Source: Ginglymostoma cirratum (Eukaryota). Taken from it: 64,000 nt of DNA. Below, one piece after another: positions 37,277-50,302 of this stretch (position 1 is its first letter; every line of letters begins with the position of its first letter). The position numbers and the translations under genes were made by a program. Where the stretch lies: the NCBI GenBank assembly GCA_024137785.1, contig JAHRHZ010000003.1, forward strand, positions 9,884,897-9,948,896, read 5' to 3'. The notes under the pieces are model-generated. The model was not told the DNA's origin. It worked only from the letters and a program-made list of their open reading frames with translations, and did not search any database.

Positions 37277-39145
37277 AACTGAAGAAGTTGGCAGAATTCT
37301 GGCCCAAGCAAACATTCAAGCTGAGCCGCGACCTGGTGGCCTCTGAAGACCAGCAGTAACATGCACGTGTCCGCATGCACATTATGCTCCTGGTGGCTGC
37401 ATAATTGTCACGTTCGTGGAACTATATGGTGTTTCTTTCAACTGTCTCAAGATGTAGACATTAACTTAAAAAAAACAAAAAAAACTTACAAAATCAAAAA
37501 TGGCTACTGTATATGTACTTTATATAATTCACATTTGATGGCAGTGATTTGTACAATTCATTCAAAACATTTGCCAAAGCATGAAGGGTAAAATTTAATG
37601 GTGATCATCCTAATGTTGGAGGGTTAGTGTTCCATTTTATATTTTCTTGTACACTAAAGATGTGTCACTTATTCTTTTGGGAACTTAGGTCTGACATCCT
37701 TACACTTGACTCAGTGAAACTGTACATGAGGCCCCATCACAGCCACTGGTACTTCTGGATGGTATTAAGGCAGAAGGCAGTCAATCAAATTAAGGAACCA
37801 ACACAATGCCAAAAAGGCATCACAAGCAATTTTTAAAATGTGGAAAATATTATTTCTGAAACAGTCTTCTGCCATCAACAAATTGTCACACAAGGTTGCT
37901 TCAAGTATATGAACAAACACAGCGACCTGATTTTTCATTTCTTACACTTTATGTATGCTGTATTGGAGGAAGAAAGGTAGCTATGTTCATCGATTTTTCT
38001 TCTGTTCCATGTGAAATGTATTGGTTTGATAGAACAACCGTCAAAGAAAAAGTTAATTTAAGAGGTAACAGGTACATCACTTGAAATAGCAGTAATGTGA
38101 GAAAATTGACAAGGCTCGGGCGAATACCTCCCTGGTTCTGTTCTTTTGAAAAATGAGTGAGTTAACTATAGAAGTAGCCAGATCTAATTTGGTGTTCTTT
38201 ACTGTTTTGTTATACTGTGCTACCAACTCTAGGATTTAAAGAAAAACCTGTTGCCATCAGTTAAAATTGTATATGCATTTTTACAAATGCACGTTATATA
38301 TTTATAGCCGATAATTTTTGTGTTTAACTTGCCATGGGTTCAGATGATGTACTGAGCTTTATTGTTTTCAAATTACAGAGTCTTGAATGCGTGTAGTGAT
38401 ACAATCTGATGTCTGAGATCAGCCTGCCTGGAAGGCCTCTCAGAAGGGCATGATCACTTTGTGGTTTCTTTGTTAAACTTGTGTAGAAAATAGCTTATTA
38501 AAATAGCCAAAAAAAAGTTCTTTTGCATGACATAATTAACCCTGTTGGTTTAAAAAAAAGTTGCCCGTAGAGCTCTACATTTCTCTTACCTTCTCCTTTA
38601 TGAGCTTTGTAACAGCATAAAACCTTTTTTGTCTGCTGTGTGTAATGAAAACCTGGTTTGCATGCACTTGATCAACTGCTTAACAATTTTGTGCAGGGGC
38701 TGTGGAAACGCATTGAGAGGACTCCTCTTATCGTGTTTTTATGGATGTTTTAAATTAGACAGCTTAGGGATCTTAAGTGTAATGAGCTGTGTGTGGATTT
38801 TTTTTATTTTTTTTTACAAGGGCTGTGGAACCTATGAATTAAACAAATGAGTTTTACCTCATTTAATGCCTCGCGTGGCTTGAAGTGTGGAAGTGCTGAT
38901 TTTGCTGGAGATATTTTTACGGTTGAAAATGATGGACTATATTTGCTTTTTACACAGCAACTTGCCTGAATATGAAATGTGATTTTTTTTTTTAATTATT
39001 CAAGTTCTCTGCAGCTGAAATTCTGTCAGGTCTGGTTTATATGAGGACAAAAAAAACAATATGTTACAGGATGTGGTCTATGTGTTCCTCTTACCATTTA
39101 AAATTGTTGATATGTCAGAAATAAACTTGACAATATGAATAGTGT
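37277..39145 (+). other. CAMK2B: camk2b non-coding terminal exon (3' UTR)
   Basis: ctttctctgcag| acceptor at 37276/37277 to pair with the donor at 35668; AT-rich, repeat-free UTR-like sequence; AATAAA at 39120-39125. The end position is inferred. Confidence 0.65.
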
Positions 39146-41703
39146 AAACTCATTGTTTTGATCATGCTTTATATTGCAATAGCACTATCTACACATTCAA
39201 ATTCAGCCTTGTTGCACTGCAGAATAATGTCACTTCTCATCATGGACAAACACAGTAAGAATTCCATGTTCTAATTGGGTAGAAATATTTTTGAGATTGA
39301 GCAAAAGCCCTTGGATATTCCATTTCCAAACACATTATTTTGTAGGGACAGACGTTTGGTTCTTCACTTAAATTATACAGTAACACTGGATTTTTAAGCT
39401 CATTTAATGGAAGAACGAAGTGGAGGAATAATGGGAAATGGAATATTATGTGAGAAAATGTGTAATTGTCCACATTAAGAAAAACTAAAAAGAAACAGGA
39501 TTTAAATGATGACAGATTGCAGAGCTTTCAGATACAGTTGGATCGGGCTGTCCAAGGGCACAAATTGCAGAAAGTTAGTATGCAGGCACAATGACAAACT
39601 TTACAAGCCAATGAAATATTACTTATTATGGGCTAACAGATCCCAAAGGTAGGGAGATTACATAATGTAGCGATGTGCCATGACGATGGGCAGCTTCTAG
39701 CGGGATTCTTTATCAGTATTTACCATGCTAGCAGCCCCTGTCACAGCTCTAGGTCAACATTGAGCAGAAGGATTCCAGTGAATATTTTGCTGGCCATGGA
39801 GTGAGACAACTTTGTGACTTTCACGAGATTGGTGAGTTCCTTTCCAATTTTACAGGTCATATTGTTGTGGGTTGGTTCCTTGCTCCCCTCAAAACTGAGA
39901 GTTCAGTGAGCTGCTACATCAGAGGTACTGACATCTGGCCTTGTGGACTTCAGCTGATGTAACATCAGTTCCCAGAGCACTGCACTGTCACAACACAAGA
40001 ATTTTAAAGTCTTCTAGTTTGAACCTGAGGCAAGGTTCCCCAATTTGTTACAATGTGAGACAGGACACCTCAAATCATTAAGCTTCCACAAAAGGAACCA
40101 TGGATTGGCTCCTTTTGGTTATTCGCCTGTGGCTGATCACAGCCAGCAAATTCTTTTGTAAAGAATCTTTTTCCTTGTGGATGCCTTTCTCCCAGATTCC
40201 AATGAACAAATGCTCTAACTGGAGCCAATTCACCAGGCTTTTAAAAAAAAAGTGCTATTAATCACTAAATTGGAGAAGAACCAGTGGTACAACAGACTCA
40301 GAACAGAAATGAAAGGTGTATTTAAAAAGATAAAAACAAAACGAAGTCTCTGAATTCTTTTGTCAACATCCTACGATGATGCTGCTGCCATTATTACATG
40401 GGACCAGGAGCGAGGCAGTTGAGCATCCAAGATTCTTCAGTTTTGTCCGTTAATCAAAATTCCGTTTGAAATGACTGGCAACATACAGGTGTCACTGTAT
40501 GCTCCTTTGCAGTGCAGTGGTGTGTAAAGTTTCGATTGTTAAAGCTCGACTGCTCACAGCACTCAGGCCCACGCAGCAGGACAGCCAGGCAGTGACAGAA
40601 ACACAGACTACTGGTGCAGTCAGCTTCAAACCACGTTTTTGATCTCTTCCCAGCAGGAAGCAACATACCTTGGTTAAATTACTTTGTGCTATCCAGAGTT
40701 GTTTTTGGAGGGCAGGAAGATGCAGCCTACTTGCTGTCTCTGCTTGACAAACACCTTGGTTGTTTTGGGGTTACCCTGACTTTTTACTCATGTGATAGTC
40801 TTGGCTGCATACAGGACTTTGCCATTCACTGAATTTTCATCTGCCTTTCTTTATGTTGCATTTTTTTAAAAAAACATACATTTTGAAGTAATAAGTAAGA
40901 AAATGTCAACACTTTTGGATTCTGATCCATCATTGTAACAAAATTCTTCAGGAAATTTGTTAATCATTTAGCTCAAGCTTTCGAGCCGGAAAGAAGAATG
41001 CTGGAGGAGCAGCTATTATTATTGTCTCTCATTTATTAGGTTAATATTGCATCCCATCATTTGCAACGAAGTGATCATGAAGCTGCAGTTTTCCCGATTT
41101 GTTGATTGCTTCTTCATTACTGGATGATGGCCTGCTGAGGAAACTAAAGTGATCTGCCCATTTTTTTTTTTAAGAATCTGTAGTTTATCTGAGAGTAGTG
41201 TTGACTTGTTAGCACCAAATTTGTGAGAAACAAGTGAACTGGGACCTATAAAACAGATTTTAAAGCATGATAGAAACACGTGAAATTGAACACAAAGACT
41301 TACCTAAGGGTCAAAATGAAAAACTTTAAAATGAAGCACTGTGTCCTTTCTTTGTCGTCCAAAGGCAGAGGTTGTTAACAGCAGATCAAATTAAATTGCC
41401 AGAGAAACTCAGCAGATCTGGCAGCATCCAGAGCGAGAAAATAGAGCTGCCAATCCAGTGACCCTTTTTCAACACTGGTATCATTTTCTCACCAGTGATG
41501 CTGCCAGTCTTGCTGAATACACAAGTGGCATTTTGACTTTAACTTGAACACAGAATTAAAAACTGTAAGCATGTGAAACTATCAGGTGAAGAACTGACAT
41601 TTACAGTGAATTATTCAAGCTTTGGTGTGAATTCCTGAGATTGTGACACCAGTTTACATTTTCAGTATTTAAGTATTTGCCCAATGTCTTCCTTTTCAGG
41701 CAT

Positions 41704-41777
41704 GTGTCTGGTGGCCATGTGGTTAGAGTATTTGGATAGGATCTGAAAGGCACTGGGTTCAAGCCCTAGTCAGGCCC
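41704..41777 (+). mobile_element. tRNA-derived SINE head or tRNA pseudogene
   Basis: A-box-like TGGCCATGTGG and B-box GGTTCAAGCCC at tRNA spacing; imperfect cloverleaf. Confidence 0.4.
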
Positions 41778-42429
41778 TTCAGTATAGCCTCAGTTAGGAA
41801 AGGTTAGCTGAAGTAATTTAGTTGGGGGGAGGGGTTAGTGAACATAGTGCAGAGTAAGATCAAATGCAAATTCAATAACTGCAGGGAGTGCCACCAGATA
41901 CTGCTGGATTTTGCTTCCAAAAAGTTTTCCCAAAACAAAAAAAAAAAAATCACATTTTGCAGCAATTGTGTGATTTGAACAAGAAACTACTATGGCTTAA
42001 GACCCCGATACTACCATTATGCCACCAAAGCTCTCACATTAACAGCCTTTCAGAACTTAAAACTTAACATCTAATTAGCACAGATGTCCCATCAGAAGAT
42101 GAATTAACATCGAGCCAATCCAATTCCTGAAGTAGACTATGGCCAAATGGATACAACACTGGTGTGTTGGCTCAGAACAGAACACTCCATAGGCTGGTTC
42201 AAAGCTTTCATGCTCTTCATAATTTGATCTGATGTACTTTTTTTAAGTCACTAAATTTTTCCAATTGAACTGATCGATTGGTTCAAATTTCAAATCTTGA
42301 ACATTAAAGAGCTTCAGTAGAATACAGACATTCCTTATCAGCTCAGTTTTCATACATTTCAGAGAATAACATGATTTGGTAAAGTCTGCCTGTCTGATTT
42401 GGACGAGAACAGTTGAAAGAAGAGGCGGA

Positions 42430-42830
42430 GTGAGTAGTTCATCCCCTGGAGCTTGCTCTGCCAATCTGTACAATCATGTTGATTTCCATTTGCCTGCTTG
42501 TTTCCCCATAACCTGTTGCTTATTAAAAACTGGTCCATCTCCTCCTCAAATTTATTCACTGTCCCTACCTCCACAGCCATCTTGGGTAGTCAATTCAACA
42601 GAAACGTGACCCTTTGAGAGAAGGAATTCTCCTCCTCTGTTTTAAAACTGCTACGCCTTAAACTACAACTATAACTTCCCATTCTAGATTGCTCCACATG
42701 AGGAAACATCTGTTCTACGTCTACTTTGTCACACCCCTTTAGCATCATCTCGATTAGACCTCCTTGCATTCTTCTAAACACTGGACAGTATAGGCCTCAA
42801 TGGGTCAATCTCTCCTCAAATGACAAGCAA
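42430..42830 (-). mobile_element. CR1 LINE 3' fragment
   Basis: MFRRMQGGLIEMMLKGCDKVDVEQMFP..FSQRV, a CR1 RT C-terminus. Confidence 0.75.
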
Positions 42831-43564
42831 ATTCAAAGGTGAAATTGTCCACACCATTTTATTTATTTTATGAGCACACTGCCCAATTTAGGATATGTCA
42901 TGGCTCAATGTGGGATTACATTGCCGCTCATTAGCCCAGTCTAATTTCCTGATGTGTTGTCATCCATTTTCACTGTGCTGTGGCATCGATTCAGACCACG
43001 TCAAGACAGCCACTGGAAATCCTGTGAGGGAGTAAAATCAAAACAGTGCAGTTGCTGAAGTTCTGAAATTAAGAACTGAATACACTGGAGAAACTCTGCA
43101 GCTCTGGCAGCATCTGTGGAGAAAGCAACAGAGTTACTGATCAGAGTCTAGTCTTACCCTTGTTTGGAACTCATGCTAGGGACAATCAGTTTGGTCTGGT
43201 CAAGTTAAAATCTGAAGGTTTTTGTGACAAACATAGTACAAAATAGAAGGATGTCACTTTATATTGAGCTTAAAATTTCATTTATAAGAAGAGCACTGTG
43301 TAGCTACAGCAAAATAAATTCCAATTTATGAGTTTAAGATTTTATGAGGAATAAGTTAATGGACTGACTTTGGGTTCAGAGCAATGTTTCCTTTGTGGCA
43401 TACCAATGGTAAAATAATTATTGCAGGGAAGTTTGGTAATGGCAGTGATACCTCTCAAATGAACAAAGCAGCTCATCTCATCAAAGTGGCTGAAATAAGC
43501 AGAGGAGGCTGACGTAAACCAATGAGTAATCACTGTGCAGCAGGAAGAAACTGTTAAGCACAAA

Positions 43565-44250
43565 AAAGAACAAAGAAGATTACAGTACTGGAACAGCCCT
43601 TCAGCCCTCCAAGCCTGCACTGACCTGCTGCCCATCACAACTAAAACACCCTACCCTTCCTTCTAGTCCCATCCTATTCATATATTTATCAAGACACCCT
43701 TTAAAAGTCACTATAGTATCTGCTTCCACTACCTCCCCCAGCAGTGAGTTCCAGGCACCCATCACCCTCTGTGCAAACAACATGCCTCGTACATCACCTT
43801 TAAACCTTGCCCCTTGCACCTTAAACCCATGGCCCCTGGTAACTGACTCTTCCACCCTGGGAGAAAGCTTCTGACTGTCCAGTCTGTCCATGCCCTTCAT
43901 AATCTTGTAGACCTCTATCCAGTCGTCCCTCAACCTCTGTCATTCCAATGACAACAACCCAAGTTTCTCTAACCTATCCTCATAGCTAACGCCCACCATA
44001 CCAGGCAACATCCTGGTAAATCTTTTCTGTACCCTCTCCAAAGCCACCACATGCTTCTGGTAGTGTGGTAACCAGAATTGAACACAATATTCCAAATGCG
44101 GCCTAACTAAAGTTCTACAAAGCTGCAACATTACCTGCCAATTTTTAAACTCAATGCCCCAGCCGATGAAGGCCATATGTTAACTACCTTTTCCACCTGC
44201 GTTGCCACTTTCAGTGACCTGTGTACCTGTACACCCAGATCCCTCTGCCC
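43565..44250 (-). mobile_element. Relatively young CR1 LINE 3' end
   Basis: MAFIGWGIEFKNWQVMLQLCRTLVRPHLEYCVQFWLPHYQKHVVALERVQKRFTRMLPG and the following ORF; microsatellite-like tail (ttctttgttcttt). Confidence 0.92.
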
Positions 44251-44779
44251 TGTTGTATGGCTGAGCCAATGGAAGATACCATGGGATTCCACTCAGCGAC
44301 AAAGAGCTGATCCTGAGGAAGAACCAAAAAGAAACTGAAAAAGTCTGTACCAAAGTTCTTCCAAAGTCTATTTATTGTTACCTCAACTACCCAACAGTCC
44401 CACAAAGCAGAGGTCAACCAAGCAGAAGTAACATGCATATCCACAGACTTCACTAGGAAAGACAGAGGTACCTATCCATGGGACCAGTTCAGCAAACATA
44501 TGGGAAGCATGTCTACATGGAATATTCAGGAAAGGCAAAGATATACATCTATGGGAAATGCTCAAGAAGGGCATGAAATGCAAATCTAAAGGGGCATTTA
44601 GGGATGTCGAGAAGTATATCCACAGGGTAAAATTTTGAATGCTCTAATTTTCAGTCTGTGAATCTAATGAAGAAGTAAATCATGTCCAGATTTGTGCAAC
44701 ATGACAGAGAAGTATGTTTTCGGGCACAACCCCTTAAAGCCACATTTACCATCTGCTTCCAACATCCAGATGAGCAAAA

Positions 44780-45660
44780 GAGATGGCAGCTCATCATCCA
44801 ACTGTTCCTCACTGTTCCTGATTTCTCTCTGTACCCTTTGATCCGCTTAATCTGAAGAACTGTATCCAACTCCTTTGGCCTCAAACATTTTCTGTGGCAA
44901 GAAATTCATCATTTTCTGGGTGAAGGTACCTCACCTCATCTCAGTTTTAAATGATCATTAGACTGTGACCCCTGGTTCTGGACCACGCACTTATTGGGAA
45001 CATCCTTCCTGCATTTACCCTGTCAAGTCATGTTCGAATTTTGTAGGTCTCTGAGATCGCTGTTCCTCCTGGCACGGCCAATTTTCTAAACGCCAGTGAA
45101 CATAATCCTAACCGATCCACTCTCTCTTCAGTATGTGCGTCCTGCCATCCCTGGAATCAATCTGGTAAACTCTGTCACTCTACCCCCACAGCAACAATAT
45201 CCTTCCTCAGATAAGGAGGCCAAAAGTCTGCACAATACTCCAGATGTGGTCTCACTAAGGACCTGTACCAGCTGGGGTACAAAATTCCAAAGACTATCAA
45301 CCTTCTGAGAGAAGGAATTCCTTCTATTCTCTATCTGAAGTGAAAAAAGCCCTTAAATCTGTGTGGCAATTCAAGATTCTGTTGAAAGTTTCCTCTCGGC
45401 ACTTCACCAGTGAAGTCCCCTCAGAATCTGAGGTATTTCAATAAAATCACCTTTCAATGTTCTAAATTCTACTAAACTTCAGCCTAACAACCTCAACATT
45501 CCTCATAAGACAAGCTCTTTATCCCAAATCGTTCTCCATACTGCTTCCAATGCAAGTATATCTCTCTTAGAGAGAGCAAAACTCTTCACAATTCTCTGGA
45601 ATGTGGTGTCTATACAGTTACAGAAAGGTGTCTCTATTTTTAAGCACCAACATCTTTGTT
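44780..45660 (-). mobile_element. Nested degraded CR1 fragments
   Basis: Reverse complements of CR1 RT motifs (LVRPHLEYC-like at ~45230-45260) and tail. Confidence 0.65.
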
Positions 45661-45891
45661 GTGAAGGACATCATTTCATTTGCCTCACGTCCCGGTGGAC
45701 TTGGAGCTACGCTCTTCCTTCTGACACGCATGCAGGTACAAACTGTTGTCTATCTTTATATTTTTCTCACCTGGGTGCCTTACTCCTAAAGTCCCAACAT
45801 ACCACCGTTTTATCCCCTTTCTACTTGCGGACTTGACAAGCACCATAGAACTGAAACGGCGCAGGAGGAGTCCGGTCTGCCCATCATGTCT

Positions 45892-46114
45892 AAGATAACA
45901 AGCATGGGGCCGGATGAACACAGCAGGTCAAGCAGCATCATAGGAGCAGGAAAACTTGACGTTTCGGGCCTAAACCCTTCATCAGAAATGGGGGAGGGGA
46001 AGAGGGTTCTGAAATAAATAGGGAGAGAGGGGGAGGCGGATAGAGGATGGATAGAGGAGAGGATAGGTGGAGAGGAGGCAGACAAGTCGAAGAGGCGGGG
46101 ATGGAGCCAGTAAA
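45892..46114 (-). mobile_element. Young Penelope-like terminal-repeat insertion just upstream of MRPS24
   Basis: 45893-46018 is almost identical to 653-777; an imperfect 18-bp flanking direct repeat lies at 45874-45891 and 46115-46132. Confidence 0.8.
45954..45989 (-). ncRNA. Minimal hammerhead ribozyme motif (PLE-associated)
   Basis: Minus strand attt-CTGATGA-agggtttaggccc-GAAA-cGTC-aagt. Confidence 0.65.
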
Positions 46115-46144
46115 GGTCTGTCCACCATGTCTGTTCTAGTTACC

Positions 46145-46830
46145 TTCGCCAAATTAGTCGCGCAGACCCTTTTTTTTTTGCTGGGGAGGGGCAGACAAGA
46201 CTGATGCTCAGCTACTGGCTAGAAGTCCGAAAAGAAAAAGTCAGCGATTGGCCGTTCGGAGGGTGCGCTGCTCCATGGGCCGGCTCAGGAGAGGACGCCG
46301 AAAACGCCGCACCCTCCCACCAGCTCCGACATCTTTTGCTCCTCCGTCTCGCCCCGTTACACCGACCACTGCGCCTGCGCAGTTGCTCACGCGCCTGACA
46401 ATCGCGCGCAGCGACCGTTAAGGAGGTCGCTGAAGTCCTGCTACGTGTCGGGCTTGCTTTATCATTTTTATTTCCCCTAATATATTGACTGCAGATATAT
46501 ATATATATATAGGAACGTTAAAAACGGAGAGGCCGCTAACTGTCTTTCCAATCACGAAGCCCCACCATCCTGTGCGAATGTAACATGGCGGCGCTCGTCT
46601 GCCGGAAGCTGTCGGTAAAGTCAAACACACAGTATATTCACAGTTTCTGCTTAGGCGTTTCATCGTTATTCTCGCTGGCCGAGAGCATTCGCGTGTGCTC
46701 GGCCCCGCTTCGGACTCCCGGCGGGTTACTTTGGGTCAGAAAGGAATCCAGGGTCTCCCCGAGTACGATTTACCACCTGCATCATGGCGCAAAACCAGGC
46801 GGGCGGCTTTTCAGACCGTTGCAGAACAGG
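46145..46830. promoter_or_regulatory. CpG-island promoter of MRPS24, probably bidirectional
   Basis: The only strongly CpG-dense segment in the window. NRF1-like TGCGCCTGCGCA 46370-46381, (AT)n ~46495-46511, CCAAT 46548-46552, YY1-like AACATGGCGGC over the ATG, ETS/GABP CCGGAAG 46602-46608. Confidence 0.8.
46585..46614 (+). CDS. MRPS24: Mitochondrial ribosomal protein S24 (uS3m), exon 1: MAALVCRKLS
   Basis: Strong Kozak aacATGG, TCG|gtaaag donor, similar to human MAASVCS. Confidence 0.85.
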
Positions 46831-46834
46831 AAGT

Positions 46835-47545
46835 AACTAAGGGATATTCTTCGACTAGGTGAATGGGTAAAACTGTATTAGATGGAGATCCCTGCAAGCA
46901 AATGTGAGATTCTGCGTTTTGGACCAAAAGTGGTTAAATCTGGGTCCTTTACACATAATCCCTGCTGTGGATCAATGTCCAGTGACCCCGAAGCAAATTA
47001 GCTAGAGTTTACCATAAAGATTTGAGCTGCGAGGTGCATTGGGCATTAAAATTTCCCGACCAGATACAGGAAATAATTAAGGTGACTTATGGTATGCTGG
47101 CTTTTGTATGTAGTGGACTGGAGTACAAGCACGCAGAAGTTATGCTGGTTAGACGCTGCTTGCGGCACTTACTAAGAGGTGATCTGATTGAAATCTTTGT
47201 ACTGTTTGCAGGAAAAGACGGGTAGCTAATGGTAAAATATTTGCACAGTTTGGAGATTCTGGAAGTACAGGCAATACTTGTAAGAATTAAGACCAGACCA
47301 TTGGGAGAGATGTTAGGAAGCACTTGTACACAACGGATGATAGAGGTTTGGAACTTGGTTCCTCAAGTGGCTTGGATACCAGATCAGTTGTTAACTTTAA
47401 ATCTGGGATTGGTAACCGAGTTTATCAAAGTTTAAGGAAATGGGCCAAAGACAAGTCTATGGAGTTCAGCCATGATCTCATTGAATGGTTTGAACAGGAG
47501 GGAGGGGCTGAATGCCCTACTCCTATTCCTTTTCCTATTCCTATA
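46835..47545 (+). mobile_element. Degraded CR1 LINE 3' region in MRPS24 intron 1
   Basis: GMLAFVCSGLEYK..LRGDLIEIF..TQRMIEVWN remnants and a cctattcct tail. Confidence 0.7.
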
Positions 47546-48339
47546 TAAACACAATGGCTGCAAGAATAGGTCTGAGACTTGGAATCATGCACAGACTAAC
47601 TCAGTGCCCAACCACGCCTCTGCAAAATCTGCAAGGAAGAAATTAAGAGTAGGATCAAATACACCCATTTGCCTCAATAGTTGCAGTTAAGCTGCTAATT
47701 TATTTGACATCCTATTCACTCCCTTCATCACCCAGGCACAATAGCAGCAGTGTGTATTACCTTCAAGATACACTGCAACGACTCAAAGAGTACCTTTCAA
47801 CCCTGCAACCTTACTGGAGCCTGCAAGTTCCCTTCCAAGTCCCACACCCACCTGACTTTGAACTGCTGTCACTGGGTTAAATCCTGCAATGCTCTTACAT
47901 TTAAAACGGAGAATGTAGTGGCTCTCATTCAACTTGTGATGGACTGCTAGGCATAGGTTATAAACACTGGTCTTGCCAGCAACGCCTGCATCGTGTGAAT
48001 GAACGTTAATAGTGACCATTTTTCTTGGGAGACTTGACTAGAATTTGTTAAAACTATACACACAAACAGCCAGAGCTTACATGAAACACAAAATGAACAT
48101 ACTGGATCACACTAAAAGGCAAGATTGGGTAAAAATTCAAATTTTAACACATAGTTTTCCAAGGGCCAAATGGCTTCCTCTTTGTTTTAATATTTACTAA
48201 TTCAGGACAGACCGTACATCAACATTCCTTATTTCTCTTCCCCCACTCATCTCTTTTTGTCTTTTGCAGCTGAGAAACTTGTTTTACAACTGAAATCTGT
48301 ACACCACCTTTCCTGACCAACAGACTCCTCAAAGTACTT

Positions 48340-48720
48340 TACAGCAATGAAGTACTTCTGAAGTGTTATCCCTGTTTTTTAAAAAAACAGGAAAGCCACG
48401 TTATATACAACAACCTACTGCAAACAGTAATGTGAGGACAATCTACGTGCTGATATTCTATGTCGGGGTGTTAATTGAGGGATAACAATTGTTCAGTACC
48501 ACACATGTAACTACGCTTCACTGGAATAGAACAGTGCCATGTGATTTTCACAGCCACCAAAGAGTGCTGACAGGGCGTCAGTTTAACGTGTAATAGTGCT
48601 CTGTAAGTGCTACACTGTCTCAGCACTACACTGATATGTTAGCATTCGCTTTTGTGCTCAACTCCTGGAGGGGAACTTGAACCCAAAATCATGTGACTCA
48701 GAGAAGGTGATCTACCATTA
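48340..48720 (-). mobile_element. tRNA-headed Deu-domain SINE (SacSINE1-like)
   Basis: Minus strand has a B-box gggttcaagttcc, then cgttaaactgacgccctgtc...catggcactgtt...ttatccctcaattaacacc. Confidence 0.6.
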
Positions 48721-48734
48721 GTTTGAATACTTGA

Positions 48735-48915
48735 ATAAAAGCAAAATACTACGAACACTGGAAATCTGAAACATCGAAGATGCTGGAGAAACTCAGCAGG
48801 TCTAGCAGCATCTTTAGAGAAGGAAACAGAGTTAATGTTTTAAGTCCATTTTGACTATTTTTCCGTTTTGCCAGACCTGCCGAGGTTCTCCAGCATTCTT
48901 TGTGTGCATTCTAAG
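48735..48915. mobile_element. Short inverted pair of PLE-derived repeats
   Basis: gatgctggagaaactcagcaggtctagca versus tgccagacctgccgaggttctccagcatt; same family as 31165-31393, 41400-41520 and 43050-43170. Confidence 0.6.
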
Positions 48916-50233
48916 TTTGAACACATTTGACAAGTTCTTATTTAATCTGTGTTCTGAGTTACATAATAATAATAATGAGGACCATAGACAAATCATGAAA
49001 TCTAACCTTTTTATTCCAAGAGTGAGATGTCTCAAAAGTATGTATTCTTTTGAATATTAGATTTGATCCTCTTGTCACAGATGCCAATGACAAAACGTTG
49101 ATATTTTCATCACATGGGCTGTTCATACTTCACAATCAGATGATTGTAATGCACCAATATTTTCACTGTATTCCTAGGTCTCTAAGTCTGAAACTGTGAT
49201 GATAAAACAAAATGTATGTTTCTCCTGTGATCAACACTCACCTTTAATAGCAAGATATTTTGGTGCTGTTGTCCCCAAAATAATTATAAAGGGATCAGTA
49301 TTAGGTTTCTAAATCCTTACTAAACGAATACTCATTGGCAAGCAAAATGAGAAGATACGGGAGCTGAAGCCTGATTTTCCCCCAACACTGCATGGCTATT
49401 GCTTGAGCTCCTTTTGACTTTTTCGCCACCTTACTCCTTGACTGCTGAATTCAAGTGGGGCCTTTCAGGGAGAAAATGCAAACTGGGGGAAACTTCCTGA
49501 AACTGCTGTGATTTGTAGCCCTGTGTTACATTTTGATTCTTGTTGACTGTTCGTTTGTGTTTTTATAATTATATGTTCACATTTTATTAACAGCAAAGTC
49601 TACAAACTGTGATAGTTGAGGGTGATTCTAATGGTACCAGAGGTTTGAATAGACAATTGGCATAACGTGTGTTTATCTCATTGAAGTTGTGAAGGCAGCT
49701 TCCTGCTCTCTTGCCAAAGTGTGAGCAAACTCTGCCCCGGGTCTTGGTCCATCTTTCCTCGTTTGTCTTCCATCTAAATAAAGGCAGCTACCTGATGAGC
49801 ACAACCACCTGAAGAGAAAAAAAATCTGATGCATTCATTTCCAGTCCAGCCAGACAGTGCTGGGTCTAGTTCTCATTCTGACCAGCTGGACCAATCCTGT
49901 ACCGTACCATCTGTCCATTTATTTATTTACTGCTGGTCAATCAAGACAGAGATTGATGCTGCCAGATCTGCAGACGTTGTCCATCATTCTGTGTTTGTTT
50001 TAGATTTCCAGCATATGCTGTAGTTTGCTTTTTTTTTTAAAAAATCGAAGCTATCAGCCAGCAAAGTGCAATTGTGTATTGCAACTATTAAGAGTTAAGG
50101 AACACGAGCTTTCACAAACTTTACTGAAGAGGAAAAGCCTTGATCTAGTTGTGTTTAATTGCACATAATTTTTTTTTCGCAAAAAGACAAGAACTTACTT
50201 TGAAGACATTAACACTTGAAAATTCAATTTCAG

Positions 50234-50302
50234 GTTTTGTCATCTTGGCAATGTGCGATTGCGTGGAGAAGGGCTGTTCACACAACAGGATCATGCTTCA
50301 AG
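50234..50302 (+). CDS. MRPS24: MRPS24 exon 2: VLSSWQCAIAWRRAVHTTGSCFK
   Basis: tttcag|GTT and AAG|gtagaa junctions; 69 nt; aligns with human [23 protein letters not shown]. Confidence 0.88.

Noticed and set aside
41704-41777. Genuine tRNA gene
   Set aside because: Poor anticodon and D stems and no adjacent oligo-T terminator; better explained as a SINE head.
46585-46836. 83-aa single-exon ORF at the MRPS24 start
   Set aside because: Read-through of exon 1 into intron 1; MRPS24 homology resumes at 50234.
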